A stretch of DNA of 37,138 bases, taken from contig JAFDTG010000002.1 in the NCBI GenBank assembly GCA_019594235.1, positions 1-37,138 on the forward strand, given 5' to 3'. Source of the DNA: Candidatus Saliniplasma halalkaliphilum (GTDB lineage Archaea; Thermoplasmatota; Thermoplasmata; Halarchaeoplasmatales; Halarchaeoplasmataceae). Shown here in pieces: positions 1 through 10,332 of the stretch. A program made the position numbers and the translations under genes. Numbering within the stretch: position 1 is the first letter of the stretch; each line of letters begins with the position of its first letter. The notes beneath the pieces were generated by a model. It saw only the letters and a program-made list of their open reading frames with translations. It was not told the origin of the DNA and made no database searches.

Positions 1-182
1 AAGAGTATGATGACACCGATGGGTTGAAGATATACTATGACGAGGGCTGGGTACTTATCAGACCTTCTGGGACCGAACCAAAATATAGGATTTACTCACA
101 AGCTAAATCTCTAGATACCACTAGAGAACTAGGTAAAAAACATCAGAAGATAGTAAAAGGTGTTTTAGATAGGACCAAATGA
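1..182 (+). CDS. Phosphohexomutase (phosphoglucomutase/phosphomannomutase/GlmM family), C-terminal part only
   Basis: Frame from nt 3 reads EYDDTDGLKIYYDEGWVLIRPSGTEPKYRIYSQA...RTK*; DGLK and WVLIRPSGTEP are the domain-IV signature. Confidence 0.9.
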   Translation, partial: EYDDTDGLKIYYDEGWVLIRPSGTEPKYRIYSQAKSLDTTRELGKKHQKIVKGVLDRTK

Positions 183-275
183 TTTGTTTTATAGCGTATA
201 ACTAATCCACCTTCATGTATGACAAATACCCTCAATATACCAAAATTATAAATAATGTCTACCCTCTATTATATA

Positions 276-298
276 TTGTCAGACATTTTGTCGGACCA
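276..298. promoter_or_regulatory. Candidate operator: two tandem TTGTCnGAC boxes
   Basis: TTGTCAGACAT-T-TTGTCGGACCA just downstream of AT-rich TATA-like boxes, upstream of ORF 320. Confidence 0.35.
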
Positions 299-319
299 AC
301 AAGGAGCTAGTGGGATAGG

Positions 320-1225
320 ATGCAGCTTAGAAAAAAAAAGCAGGAAACCGACCCGACGACCAAGAAACTTATGGAACAGGGTATAATCAGAGTTAAAAAT
401 GATGAAAACCAAAAAAACAAAGGTGCTAAACAGAAAATCAAAGAGTTCGGTAGGGTTACTTTTGATTTTTGGAGTGGTGTAAAATACACTTTAATATTGT
501 CAGCTCTTCTATGGTGGTTGCCTCTTTTCGGACCGATGATATCCGGATATGTAGGTGGTCGAAGAACAGGCGGACCAAAAAAAGGTATCACTGCTGCTGT
601 TTTGGCTTTAGCAGCGATCGCTGGAGTACAGTTAGCCTTTACTTACGATATGATGCCAGCTAACGTCTTATCGGTATTGGAGATGCCCAGCAGTATTTTA
701 GCAGTGGCTTATCAAAGACCGATGTTAACTCCGTACGTACGTTTTCTAGAGCTATACTGGAGTTCTTTTTTCACTTCTGTTTTAGGAGGTTTACCTTACT
801 CTCCTAACAGCTATTTGATAACAATCATTTTCGCCTATGTGGGCGGAGTGGTATCCGTCGATAAAAAGAGAGAGTTAGAAGATGTCACAGGTTCTGGCAG
901 TACGGTCAATATCGACCTTTCCAGGGTTACACAACAACCATCATCCAATGGTAAATCAAAGGATAAAAAGAAAATGTTAGTTGACTCTAATTTCAACTAT
1001 AATCCTAGAAAAGCAAGATCAGGTGATGCACCACAAAGATGGGATGACCTCAAACCTATACAGTACAGTGAAAGAAAGAGAAAAAGCAAAAGAAAGAGTA
1101 AAAAACCGAAAAAAAAGAAGAAAAAATCAAACTTTGAAGATCGATATGAACCGGTAAGATTTTCTAAAAAACCGGTCGTCAGACATCATACCAATACAGA
1201 AGGGGACGATTGGGAGTTTCTGTGA
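320..1225 (+). CDS. Hypothetical membrane protein with Lys-rich C-terminal tail
   Basis: Several hydrophobic segments (LLWWLPLFGPMISGYVGGRR); basic low-complexity tail. Confidence 0.75.
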   Translation: MQLRKKKQETDPTTKKLMEQGIIRVKNDENQKNKGAKQKIKEFGRVTFDFWSGVKYTLILSALLWWLPLFGPMISGYVGGRRTGGPKKGITAAVLALAAIAGVQLAFTYDMMPANVLSVLEMPSSILAVAYQRPMLTPYVRFLELYWSSFFTSVLGGLPYSPNSYLITIIFAYVGGVVSVDKKRELEDVTGSGSTVNIDLSRVTQQPSSNGKSKDKKKMLVDSNFNYNPRKARSGDAPQRWDDLKPIQYSERKRKSKRKSKKPKKKKKKSNFEDRYEPVRFSKKPVVRHHTNTEGDDWEFL

Positions 1226-1274
1226 ATAAATCAAGCATAGAAGTTATTAATCCCGTATCGTATCAGCTTGTATA

Positions 1275-2318
1275 ATGAAAATACTCCATCAAGACCCGAG
1301 AACGGGTAAGATCAAGCTTAGAGTCGATAATCTTGACGACCTCTGGCACATCAAAAATATACTGAATCCTAAAGATATAGTTTCCGCTGTAACTTTCAGA
1401 AGGGAAGAAACTCAAAGTGACAAGCTCCGTTCTGATAGAGGGGAGAAGAAAAGGATGAGGTTGGACATCGAGGTAGAAAAGGTGGAGTTCCATGAGTTTA
1501 CGGATAGGCTGCGTATTTTAGGTGTTATCGTTGAGGGCCCACAGGATCTAGGTTCTTATCATACTTTAAACATCACTGATGGGCATCAATTGACGATGAT
1601 CAAAGAGGAATGGAAGGACCATGAGTTGAACAGGTTGAAGGAGGCGGTTGAGCACAGCCAAAAACCGGTCATAACTTTTGTAGGTTTGGAACAGGGAGAG
1701 GCCACCATCGCGATAATGAGGCAGTACGGTGTCAAAGAGATGGCACATATATCACCCAACCTGGGCGGAAAGATGTACGATTCCGAGAAGCTCGGTAAAA
1801 ACGAGTTCTTCAAGATGATCATAAAAAAATTAGAACATATAATGGAACCGGAATCACCTCTTGTGATATTTGGTCCTGGATTTTTTAAGGAGGATTTCTA
1901 TGAGTGGGCTAAAGATAAACATCCTGAATTGATGAAATATGCTGAAGTTATCCCTGCTGGAGAAGGAGGGATGACAGGTTTACATGAAGTTCTGAAAAAA
2001 GGTAAGGAGAGGGGTAGTTTAGACGGTCAGAGGATGTCTTATGAAAGTGAGAAGGTAGAAGGACTCCTTAAAGAGATAAAAAAAGATGGGGCTTATGCTT
2101 ATGGTAATGAGTCCGTAGAACGGGCAGTTGAATTGGGAGCTGTGGATGAACTGATGATTTTAGATACGAAAGTCCGGGATAAGGACGGGGAAAAGCTGAT
2201 GAAAAAGACTGAGCAGCTCGGAGGCGATGTTGTGGTTATAAGCAGTACACATGAGGGTGGAGAGAAACTCGAAGCTCTTGGTGGATATGGTGCCTTACTT
2301 AGATACAAGATCGAATGA
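1275..2318 (+). CDS. pelA: mRNA surveillance protein pelota (eRF1-like)
   Basis: NLDDLWH, GSYHTL, GPGFFK and GEKLEALGGYGALLRY motifs. Confidence 0.97.
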   Translation: MKILHQDPRTGKIKLRVDNLDDLWHIKNILNPKDIVSAVTFRREETQSDKLRSDRGEKKRMRLDIEVEKVEFHEFTDRLRILGVIVEGPQDLGSYHTLNITDGHQLTMIKEEWKDHELNRLKEAVEHSQKPVITFVGLEQGEATIAIMRQYGVKEMAHISPNLGGKMYDSEKLGKNEFFKMIIKKLEHIMEPESPLVIFGPGFFKEDFYEWAKDKHPELMKYAEVIPAGEGGMTGLHEVLKKGKERGSLDGQRMSYESEKVEGLLKEIKKDGAYAYGNESVERAVELGAVDELMILDTKVRDKDGEKLMKKTEQLGGDVVVISSTHEGGEKLEALGGYGALLRYKIE

Positions 2319-2334
2319 TGATCTTTATCGATTT

Positions 2335-2363
2335 AAAAAAGAGTAAAAAGAGAAAGGGTTTTT
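2335..2363 (-). terminator. Oligo-T terminator of the surface-protein operon
   Basis: Minus strand AAAAACCCTTTCTCTTTTTACTCTTTTTT shortly after the stop at 2384. Confidence 0.5.
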
Positions 2364-2383
2364 GTAAGGTTCAATAGTATTTT

Positions 2384-5300
2384 CTATTCCCAAACATCAT
2401 CTTCTTCGGTATCTGTGCCTGATTGTTCTTCAGTTATCTCACCGTTCTCTATTTGTTCTTCGTAGAATTCATCTTCTTCAGATAGATATTCTTCGTCATC
2501 ATAGATATCCTCTTCGGTCGTGTCCGTATATCCTGATCCGATCTTAGAATATACCGTGTAAAGTATTGCCAATAGGAGGATTATTATCAGGATGAGGAAG
2601 AACAAGTTAGTTCTGTAAATTGGTGTCGGGTATTCTTCGAAATCTACGGATTCCTCAGCTGTATCCACTAAAACTATATCTTGGTCTTCATAGATGTCCA
2701 CATCTGTTAACAAATATGTGGTTCTGAATGAAGCGTTCACGTTGTAATCATCTCTAGCTGGAAGTCTAAATTCGTATTTTCCGTCGGTAGTGTATCCTGT
2801 CCAAACCTGGTTTTCAGTACTCACTTTTAAGTGCACATCGTCTAGGTGTTCTTCGTTTCTATCAAGTGTAGTTACGGTCAAGTAGTACACATCTGAGTCT
2901 ATATCTAAAGACCAACTTTCTTCCTCTGCGGTCACCTCGTGCTGGCTTTGATGTACTACGGTATTCAACCATTCTACTTCTATATCCCAATTCTCTGCAG
3001 GTATCCTTATCTCAACTTCACCTTGGCCGTCCGTGTAACCTGAATAGTAATGTTTCGGAGAATCCTCGTAAGTAACTCGAACAGGCGCAGAGCTCAAAGG
3101 AAGACCTCTTTCGTCCCTTACCGACAAAGTAAGGTAATATATGTCTGAATCAGCGGTGATATCTATATCCTCAGATAGTTGTTCTGTTTGGGTATGTACG
3201 ACAACGTTCTTCCAGTGGACCGTAAATGTTTGTTCACCTCTTGGTAATAGGAATTGTATGTGCCCTTCTGTATCACTGATCCTGTCAGATATTATGTTCC
3301 TATCTGATGGGAGTTCAGAATGTCTAACGATGACTTTCGAGTTTTCAACGGGGATATCTCTTTCATCTATAATATAAAAGTCAACGTAATATACCTCAGC
3401 ATCTATAGTTTCTGGAGATTCCGAAAGTATGTGTTCATTAACCGTCATATCATCGTTGTAAACAACAACACCTCGCCATTCAACCAAGATTGAGATCTCG
3501 CCGGCCTCACCAACAGGTGTTGGAACTCGGATGTTTACAGTACCGTTTTCACCAGTCACACTCGAATCAAAATTCGTTCCTTCAGTGTCAAAACTGGCTC
3601 TTGCGTTGTTCAATGGATTTCCTCTAGAATCGACTATCTGGAAAGAAACGTGATAGATATCCTCTACGTGTATAACCATCTCTTCGGAAGCGTCGAATAC
3701 TACTGGACTATCATAAACCATTACACCGTTCCACTGTAGAGTGACTTGATTTGTTGCTCCGGGTATCCTTGAGAATGATCTTCCGTCTTCTGAAGTTAAT
3801 TCTGTGTGTAAGAGGGTATCACCGTGTGAGACTCTAAGTCTGCCTCCACCAACTGGGACATCAAAATCATCTTGGACCAAGAAGTCTATATGATAAACGT
3901 CCGTGATAGCAGTCATCGACAGGTCTTCATTTAGATTTATTTCATCTTGGTAAACGTCGACGTTTCTCCAACTGATGGATATATCTAGCTCTACACCAGG
4001 TAATCTCATCTCTGGTACCGAACCATCCGTTAAAGACGTGTCTTGTTCTATCAAACTGTTTCCTAGGTAGAACTCTACTCTTGCATTTTCAAGAGGTTCT
4101 CCTTGGTCGTCAACGATGTTCATATCCAAATAGTAAACCGCACATTGAATTTCGTAATCTTCACTAGAATCAATAACCATATCGCCATTATATATCTCAG
4201 CACCTTTCCATTGGACTTGCATGTTCAATACAGCTCCAGGTAATCTCATAGAAACGTTTCCATTTTCTCCTGTTGTACCACTGGTAAGTGTTCCCGCTGT
4301 ATGGTGAGATACAGTGATCCTTGCATCGGATATGATTTCATCCCTACTGTCTATGGTAAATAGTTCGACATGGTAAACAGAGCATTCCAATTCTATACTT
4401 TGATCCGTTCCAGTTATATCTACGTCCGTCACATCGACTTCTATACCTCTCCAGGTAGATATTATCCTGTGAGGGCCTCTCGGTAATCTCATAACAAGTC
4501 TACCTGCTTGATCAGTATTACCAGTATTCGCGATGGTGTCTGTTTCAAGGTTCCGAGCCACTAAGCGTGTATTTTCAAGCTCATATCCAAGATCGTCTAG
4601 AGTTTGGAGTTCAACGTAATATATCTCCAGTTCAACATCTAAAGACCTGTTTCCTTCGAATGGTTCTGAATAGAGTTCTTTAACCTCTACACCTCTCCAT
4701 TGGAAATTCAAGTCGTAGGTGAAATCTCCTCCAGTTCCGGGCAGTCTGACTGTTAAATTTCCATTTATATCAGTCAATTTAGAGTCCGCTATCCTTCGTG
4801 TATCGTTGAACCTTATAGATACGTGGACCTCCGGAACAGGTACTTCTTCGGTATCCATCGTGTGGATGTTGAGATAGTATACGTCCGTATAGATCGTCAA
4901 TTCTACACTTTCGTTCAAATAATGCTCTGTAGAATCAACTTCTCTACCAAGCCATTCAGTTCTCAAAGAATAATCTCCTACTGGGGATTGAGGTAAATGG
5001 ACGTAACCATCAGTATCCGTTATCTCGCGGATCAATGTGCTATTAGGATGACTGATAAAGATGTTTGCATTCGGTACCGGTTCTCCGGCTACATCGACGA
5101 CCTTATAGGATGTATCATATACGGAACAATTCAAAGTGATAGCATCTTCATAGGGCACATTATCGCTCACTTGGTACGTGGTCTCGTTTACCAATACATC
5201 TTCCCAGTAAACTCTGAAGATATATTCGCCTTCTGTGATACTGATATTCGTGACCCCTTCGTCATTTGTTACGTTACTAGTTATCGATTCCTCTAGATCA

Positions 5301-6427
5301 GAAGAGTAAGCAACAACTTCTGCGTCTTCTAGGACGATGTCCATCGAATCAACGGTTTGGAAGTGAATGAAAAATCTTTCCGCACCGATCCAGAAATCCT
5401 TCTCAACGGATTCCAGATGCCCGCCGTAGGTTTCATCTCCAGGGTTATCTGGATATCTGTAGTTATAACCGGTGTTATCTACTGCAGAGACTATGGCAGT
5501 GTATTCTCCTTCTGCCTGTCCCCCGTAGTCCCATTCATATGTGAAATTACTTCTGTAAGACGAATCGTTCCCGGTAACTCTAGTCATCGGTTCTCTATAG
5601 AATACGGTGCCATCAGGTCCCTCTACTGTCAAATTTACTCTGCTTATATCATACCCACCGAAAGGATTCGTGATAGATGTGTTGAAGTGTATGGTAGTTT
5701 CATCTGCTCCAAGGCGGAAATCGTAGGACTCCTCGAATTCTGAGTCAAGGATCGTGAAAGTATCCACGTCGATGTAGTCTTCTGTTTCCACTTCTATTCT
5801 GCTTGGATACTCCGAGTCGCCGAAAGCGACCCTTTTTACGAAGTTATCACTACTTTCGATGACGAATTCTACTCTCAAGGATGATTCAGGTGATATCGTA
5901 TATCCTGAGATGTCCGTAGATACTGAATATTCGTTGAATATCGTCCTAGTGTTGTCATAGCTTACAAACCCTTGATCTATGAAATCTTCTGCACCATCTG
6001 GTTGTACTTCATAAAGGCTCATCGTAAGGTCTATAGTATTAGTGTGCCCATCAGCTTCTGCTATGTCGATCCACATATTGATAGTGGAAGTTCCGTTAAG
6101 GGTAAATTCTCCGGCAAAAGGTGGATTTAGATACCAGTCATGAGTTATGGTAGAACTGTACTCAAAATCTGTTATATGCTGATCTTCACCCATGGTAGTA
6201 TTCATGGTCATTACATCAACATTCTCGTTGACCGTTCCAGTTTCATTATGCAGGTACATGGTTTTGGTTTTTGATCCATCGGTAGATGTAAGTGAATTCT
6301 CTTCTGTTATCATATTTTCTTCGATTTGACTGTTCCCATGTACTCCTGAAAATGCACTAGCTATCAAAAACAATGTTACCGCAGATACGAGTATCATTAA
6401 CATTCCTTTCATATTTCTATTACTCAT
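2384..6427 (-). CDS. Giant membrane-anchored surface glycoprotein B with 11 carboxypeptidase-regulatory-like (transthyretin-like) repeats
   Basis: Signal peptide; ~80-aa repeats VYY...D..G.P...A.V...TD..G...LP...W.G; many N-x-S/T sequons; C-terminal TM then acidic tail; RBS AGGAGGTG inside upstream gene. Confidence 0.85.
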   Translation of the reverse strand: MSNRNMKGMLMILVSAVTLFLIASAFSGVHGNSQIEENMITEENSLTSTDGSKTKTMYLHNETGTVNENVDVMTMNTTMGEDQHITDFEYSSTITHDWYLNPPFAGEFTLNGTSTINMWIDIAEADGHTNTIDLTMSLYEVQPDGAEDFIDQGFVSYDNTRTIFNEYSVSTDISGYTISPESSLRVEFVIESSDNFVKRVAFGDSEYPSRIEVETEDYIDVDTFTILDSEFEESYDFRLGADETTIHFNTSITNPFGGYDISRVNLTVEGPDGTVFYREPMTRVTGNDSSYRSNFTYEWDYGGQAEGEYTAIVSAVDNTGYNYRYPDNPGDETYGGHLESVEKDFWIGAERFFIHFQTVDSMDIVLEDAEVVAYSSDLEESITSNVTNDEGVTNISITEGEYIFRVYWEDVLVNETTYQVSDNVPYEDAITLNCSVYDTSYKVVDVAGEPVPNANIFISHPNSTLIREITDTDGYVHLPQSPVGDYSLRTEWLGREVDSTEHYLNESVELTIYTDVYYLNIHTMDTEEVPVPEVHVSIRFNDTRRIADSKLTDINGNLTVRLPGTGGDFTYDLNFQWRGVEVKELYSEPFEGNRSLDVELEIYYVELQTLDDLGYELENTRLVARNLETDTIANTGNTDQAGRLVMRLPRGPHRIISTWRGIEVDVTDVDITGTDQSIELECSVYHVELFTIDSRDEIISDARITVSHHTAGTLTSGTTGENGNVSMRLPGAVLNMQVQWKGAEIYNGDMVIDSSEDYEIQCAVYYLDMNIVDDQGEPLENARVEFYLGNSLIEQDTSLTDGSVPEMRLPGVELDISISWRNVDVYQDEINLNEDLSMTAITDVYHIDFLVQDDFDVPVGGGRLRVSHGDTLLHTELTSEDGRSFSRIPGATNQVTLQWNGVMVYDSPVVFDASEEMVIHVEDIYHVSFQIVDSRGNPLNNARASFDTEGTNFDSSVTGENGTVNIRVPTPVGEAGEISILVEWRGVVVYNDDMTVNEHILSESPETIDAEVYYVDFYIIDERDIPVENSKVIVRHSELPSDRNIISDRISDTEGHIQFLLPRGEQTFTVHWKNVVVHTQTEQLSEDIDITADSDIYYLTLSVRDERGLPLSSAPVRVTYEDSPKHYYSGYTDGQGEVEIRIPAENWDIEVEWLNTVVHQSQHEVTAEEESWSLDIDSDVYYLTVTTLDRNEEHLDDVHLKVSTENQVWTGYTTDGKYEFRLPARDDYNVNASFRTTYLLTDVDIYEDQDIVLVDTAEESVDFEEYPTPIYRTNLFFLILIIILLLAILYTVYSKIGSGYTDTTEEDIYDDEEYLSEEDEFYEEQIENGEITEEQSGTDTEEDDVWE

Positions 6428-6428
6428 C

Positions 6429-9400
6429 TTAAAACACCTCCTTTTTCTTAGCGATTATTATTCCACCGACTACGCAGATACCTACTATGGCCATTACTAT
6501 GTAGAACAGGTTAGTTTTGTATATCGGTCTTGGATATCCTTCAAAGGTCATCTGGATCTGTTGACTCGAATCTAGTGAAACATCTTCGGTCTCCTGGAGG
6601 TCTATCTCTGTTAAATGTTGAGTTTTTCTCAATCTAGTTGACACGGTGTAATCCCCATAAACTATCTGTTTAAACTCGACGGTTCCATTCCCATCAGTTT
6701 CAAGTGTTTCAATCGGGGTTCCTTCACTATCTATAAGAGTAACCTCTGAACCTATTACCGGACCATCTTGACCTTCTATCACAACTTCCAGATAGTGCAC
6801 CATCGTTTCTAGACTGATCTCTTTATCCCCTGTCAATTCAGTATCCACAGAACCGACTTTTTGTCCACGCCAGTACGCATCCAATGTCCATTCCCCGATC
6901 GGAAGTTTTGGAGTAGCTGCGCCTATATCCGTGACTTCGGTATGGAACGGCACTCCGTCTTCATCCGTGATTATCAGGTCCGCGCCATCTAAGTATTCGC
7001 CTTCAGAATCAACTACTTCTACATCGATATAGTAGATCTCACACTGGATAGAGAATTCAGTATCATCGTTTACTTCTACCGTTTGATCCGCTATGTAGAA
7101 TCCTCTCCATTCAGCTTCCAAACGGATGACACCATAAGGTAATCTGATCTCAGGTTCATCATCGATGGATATGGTGGTTAGCAGGTCTTGCCCCTCGGGT
7201 AAACCTTCGTGATAAACCGACACTACCAGGTCTTCAACATTTTCTCCCCGGGAGTCCTCGCCTGTGAGATGTAGATAATACACATCGCAATCCAAATTCA
7301 TCTCTGAACTCTCGCTTATAGCATGAGTAACGTTGTAAACCTCGATGCCGTCCCATTCTACAGATATATCGAATTCTTCGTGTGGTAATCTTAGGGCAAC
7401 AGTACCGTTTTCAGGAATCCTTTTTGTTTCAAAAAGATTACCCCTGTGTACAAAATTCACTTCAGCATCTGTTAAAGTTTCATCTCTACTGTCTAAAGGT
7501 GTTACATCGACCCAATATACCGAGGTTGAAATCGTCAGTTCCAGATCATCTTCTAATTGGATATCAGTCTGGCCAACATCGAAGTCTCTCCATTCTAGAT
7601 ATATATCATATTCTTCGGAAGGTAATCTGATCGTTAAAGTACCCGTATGGTCGGTCACTTCGGAGAAAAGTAGAGAATCATCGAGATATATTTCAGCTCT
7701 TGTACCAGGTAGTATTTCTTCCTCAGCATCGGTGACGTTCATGGTTAGATAATAGATGTCAGAGTCGATAGTGAGTTCATTTTCTCCTTGTTCATGAACC
7801 ATGCTGTACTCTCTTGAATCTACCTCTACACCATACCATTCTGCCTTTATAGTGTAAGATTCCACAGGTAGTCTTAAGCGGAGACCTCCGTCACTATCAC
7901 TGGTACCGCTTTCGATCAAAGAATCCTGATATTCAACATCGATACTAACTCCTTGGACAGGAGTATCTCTTGAATCTATAACCGTTAGGTCTAGGTAGTA
8001 CACGTCACAGTTTTTTATCTGTAGGTCATCGTTGCCTTCGACTGGGTAGCCGTCTATCGAACGTACCTGGATACCCTTCCATTCTACTTCTATATCGACA
8101 TCCGTAGCGGGTAATTTAGATATATACACACCATCCTCGTCGGTATTACCGGTATCCACGAGATTACCATCGATCCTCACGGATATCCGTGCGTCAGGGA
8201 GTGTTTCTTCATCTACGGTACTATCCAAAGCGATTATGTTTAATTGATAAACCGAAGCTTCGATCTCAAAGTCCGTTTGAGTTTCTGAAACAACTCTTAG
8301 TTCACTAGCTACGTTTACACCGATCCATGTTACATCGAACCGATGCTCACCATCTGCTAACTGGAATGTAACCAAACCGTCGCTATCTGTCGTATCCGTA
8401 TCTATTTCACGCTCAGTTTCGGTATAGGTTGCGGTGACTTCAGCTCCTTCTAGTGGATCTTCTAGACTGTCATAAACAGTTACTGAAACCTGGAAAATAT
8501 CCGCAGTTAGAACTATCTCAGAGCTTTCACTCAATTCATAAGTTTCTTCGTAAACTTTTGCGTCGTTCCAGTAAATCTCGAAGAAGTATCCAGTTGCCGG
8601 TAATCTAGTGGTGAAGACTCCTTCACCGTCCGTTAAACCACTGTCTGAAACGATCCTAGTGTCGTCATAGGAACCTACAAATAAAGCATTGGAAACTGAA
8701 CCACCGGAACGGTCCTGCACCTGAACTTGAAGGTGATATACCAAAACATTAACTTCAAAATCATCAGAAGTTGAAACGTCTATGGAAAACTCTCCTACAT
8801 CTCTTCCTTTCCATTCGATATCTAACTCGTATCGACCTTCAGCGGTTCTGTCTAGTGAGAAATAACCGTCGTCATCGGTGACATAAGGATCGACTCTTGT
8901 TGAACCATTGGGGTGGGTTAAGTATACGTTCGCATTATCCACCACTTCGCCTTCCATATCTTTAATGATAAAACCGGGATAAAATATACCGGCTGTAACT
9001 TCGAATGGGTCATCTCTAGTTCTATTACCCACTTCTCCCACGTCTAAAGTGCGGTTAGTACTGACTTCAACGTCCTGCCAGATCACAGTGATTATATATG
9101 TTGCATTGGCAACGGTGAAATTTGCGATCCCCTCATTATCGGTCATAGTGGTGTTAAAGACCACTTCATCACTGACCTTCAAGTTGATCGTTGTATTTTC
9201 TAGTATCTCTCCGTGATCGTCACTTACTTGTATGTTAACATAATGGTCCAATCCTCCTATAACAAAAGAATGGTATCCGTACTCATCATGACCTTGGAAC
9301 TCACCTGTTCTATTATACGCTAGTTTTCCGTTTCTATCTATGGTTCTTACTGTTACGTCGTATACTCCTTCTGGTTGTCCATCGTGATCCCAGGTCATCT

Positions 9401-10286
9401 TGTAGATAGTTTTAAATGAATCAAAATAGCCTTCGACTTTTTCCATGCTCACATTTTCTAAGATAACACCATCAGGTCCTTCTAAGGTCAGATTTGCCCA
9501 ACGTATATCGTAACCTCCGAAAGGATTGGTTATATTTGCGTAAATGGTGATGTTGGTGTCATCAGCTTCGGGTGGGAATAGGTTCGTTACTTCCCCTTCA
9601 TAATTCTTTGTATGGACATCTTCTACTTTTAAGTAATCCATACATGGAAAAGTTACGTTTGTATCTCTCATACCGTCATCAAGATATCCCCCGTAAGCGA
9701 CTTCGTATTCACGTGCAGCGTCACCCCACAGATCGAAAGTGATCTGCATAGTAGAACCTTCTGAAACCGTGTAATTATCGATCTCTATTGGGATATCGTG
9801 AATAGTCCATTCAGTTTGCACAGTTTCTGAATCAGTACCTTCTGAAACCAAGTACTCATTTCCATCTTCATCGACTTCATAGAGTTCATATGTCATATCT
9901 ACGTCTCCACCTTCAGGTGACCGAGCCCAAACTGATAAGGTCGATGTTCCATCGAGATGCAGATCTCCTGCGAGTTCCGGATAAAGGTACCAGTCTACTA
10001 GAACTCTAAAAGAACTCAATTCGGTTTTATTACCAGTACCTGTGGGATAAGTAGTATTGTACATCTCTTTAGTCGTTCTATCACCAACACTGACCGCATC
10101 CCGTACACGATACATGTAAAATGTTTTGTTTTTAAGTTCCTGTTCTTCAGCTGTCAATCCAGGAGTGTCCTCAGACTCTAATTCGTCATTCAACAGTGAT
10201 GACGATCGTCCAAAGGCAGCTACCAGAGCGCTGATCATCAAAATTCCAATCAGTATGATAACTATTTTTGTTTTCATAAATATCAT
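6429..10286 (-). CDS. Giant membrane-anchored surface glycoprotein A, paralog of 2384..6427
   Basis: Same architecture: signal peptide, shared head (DWYLxP, ITNPFGGYDI), 11 repeats, TM + KKK. Confidence 0.85.
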   Translation of the reverse strand: MIFMKTKIVIILIGILMISALVAAFGRSSSLLNDELESEDTPGLTAEEQELKNKTFYMYRVRDAVSVGDRTTKEMYNTTYPTGTGNKTELSSFRVLVDWYLYPELAGDLHLDGTSTLSVWARSPEGGDVDMTYELYEVDEDGNEYLVSEGTDSETVQTEWTIHDIPIEIDNYTVSEGSTMQITFDLWGDAAREYEVAYGGYLDDGMRDTNVTFPCMDYLKVEDVHTKNYEGEVTNLFPPEADDTNITIYANITNPFGGYDIRWANLTLEGPDGVILENVSMEKVEGYFDSFKTIYKMTWDHDGQPEGVYDVTVRTIDRNGKLAYNRTGEFQGHDEYGYHSFVIGGLDHYVNIQVSDDHGEILENTTINLKVSDEVVFNTTMTDNEGIANFTVANATYIITVIWQDVEVSTNRTLDVGEVGNRTRDDPFEVTAGIFYPGFIIKDMEGEVVDNANVYLTHPNGSTRVDPYVTDDDGYFSLDRTAEGRYELDIEWKGRDVGEFSIDVSTSDDFEVNVLVYHLQVQVQDRSGGSVSNALFVGSYDDTRIVSDSGLTDGEGVFTTRLPATGYFFEIYWNDAKVYEETYELSESSEIVLTADIFQVSVTVYDSLEDPLEGAEVTATYTETEREIDTDTTDSDGLVTFQLADGEHRFDVTWIGVNVASELRVVSETQTDFEIEASVYQLNIIALDSTVDEETLPDARISVRIDGNLVDTGNTDEDGVYISKLPATDVDIEVEWKGIQVRSIDGYPVEGNDDLQIKNCDVYYLDLTVIDSRDTPVQGVSIDVEYQDSLIESGTSDSDGGLRLRLPVESYTIKAEWYGVEVDSREYSMVHEQGENELTIDSDIYYLTMNVTDAEEEILPGTRAEIYLDDSLLFSEVTDHTGTLTIRLPSEEYDIYLEWRDFDVGQTDIQLEDDLELTISTSVYWVDVTPLDSRDETLTDAEVNFVHRGNLFETKRIPENGTVALRLPHEEFDISVEWDGIEVYNVTHAISESSEMNLDCDVYYLHLTGEDSRGENVEDLVVSVYHEGLPEGQDLLTTISIDDEPEIRLPYGVIRLEAEWRGFYIADQTVEVNDDTEFSIQCEIYYIDVEVVDSEGEYLDGADLIITDEDGVPFHTEVTDIGAATPKLPIGEWTLDAYWRGQKVGSVDTELTGDKEISLETMVHYLEVVIEGQDGPVIGSEVTLIDSEGTPIETLETDGNGTVEFKQIVYGDYTVSTRLRKTQHLTEIDLQETEDVSLDSSQQIQMTFEGYPRPIYKTNLFYIVMAIVGICVVGGIIIAKKKEVF

Positions 10287-10332
10287 CTCGTTTGATTGTG
10301 AAAATTCTTTTTGTAGTTATAAATCAGATTTG

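Noticed and set aside
2384..10286. Diversity-generating retroelement or DNA-level repeats in the surface genes
   Set aside because: Repeats are evident only at protein level; no RT or TR/VR pair seen
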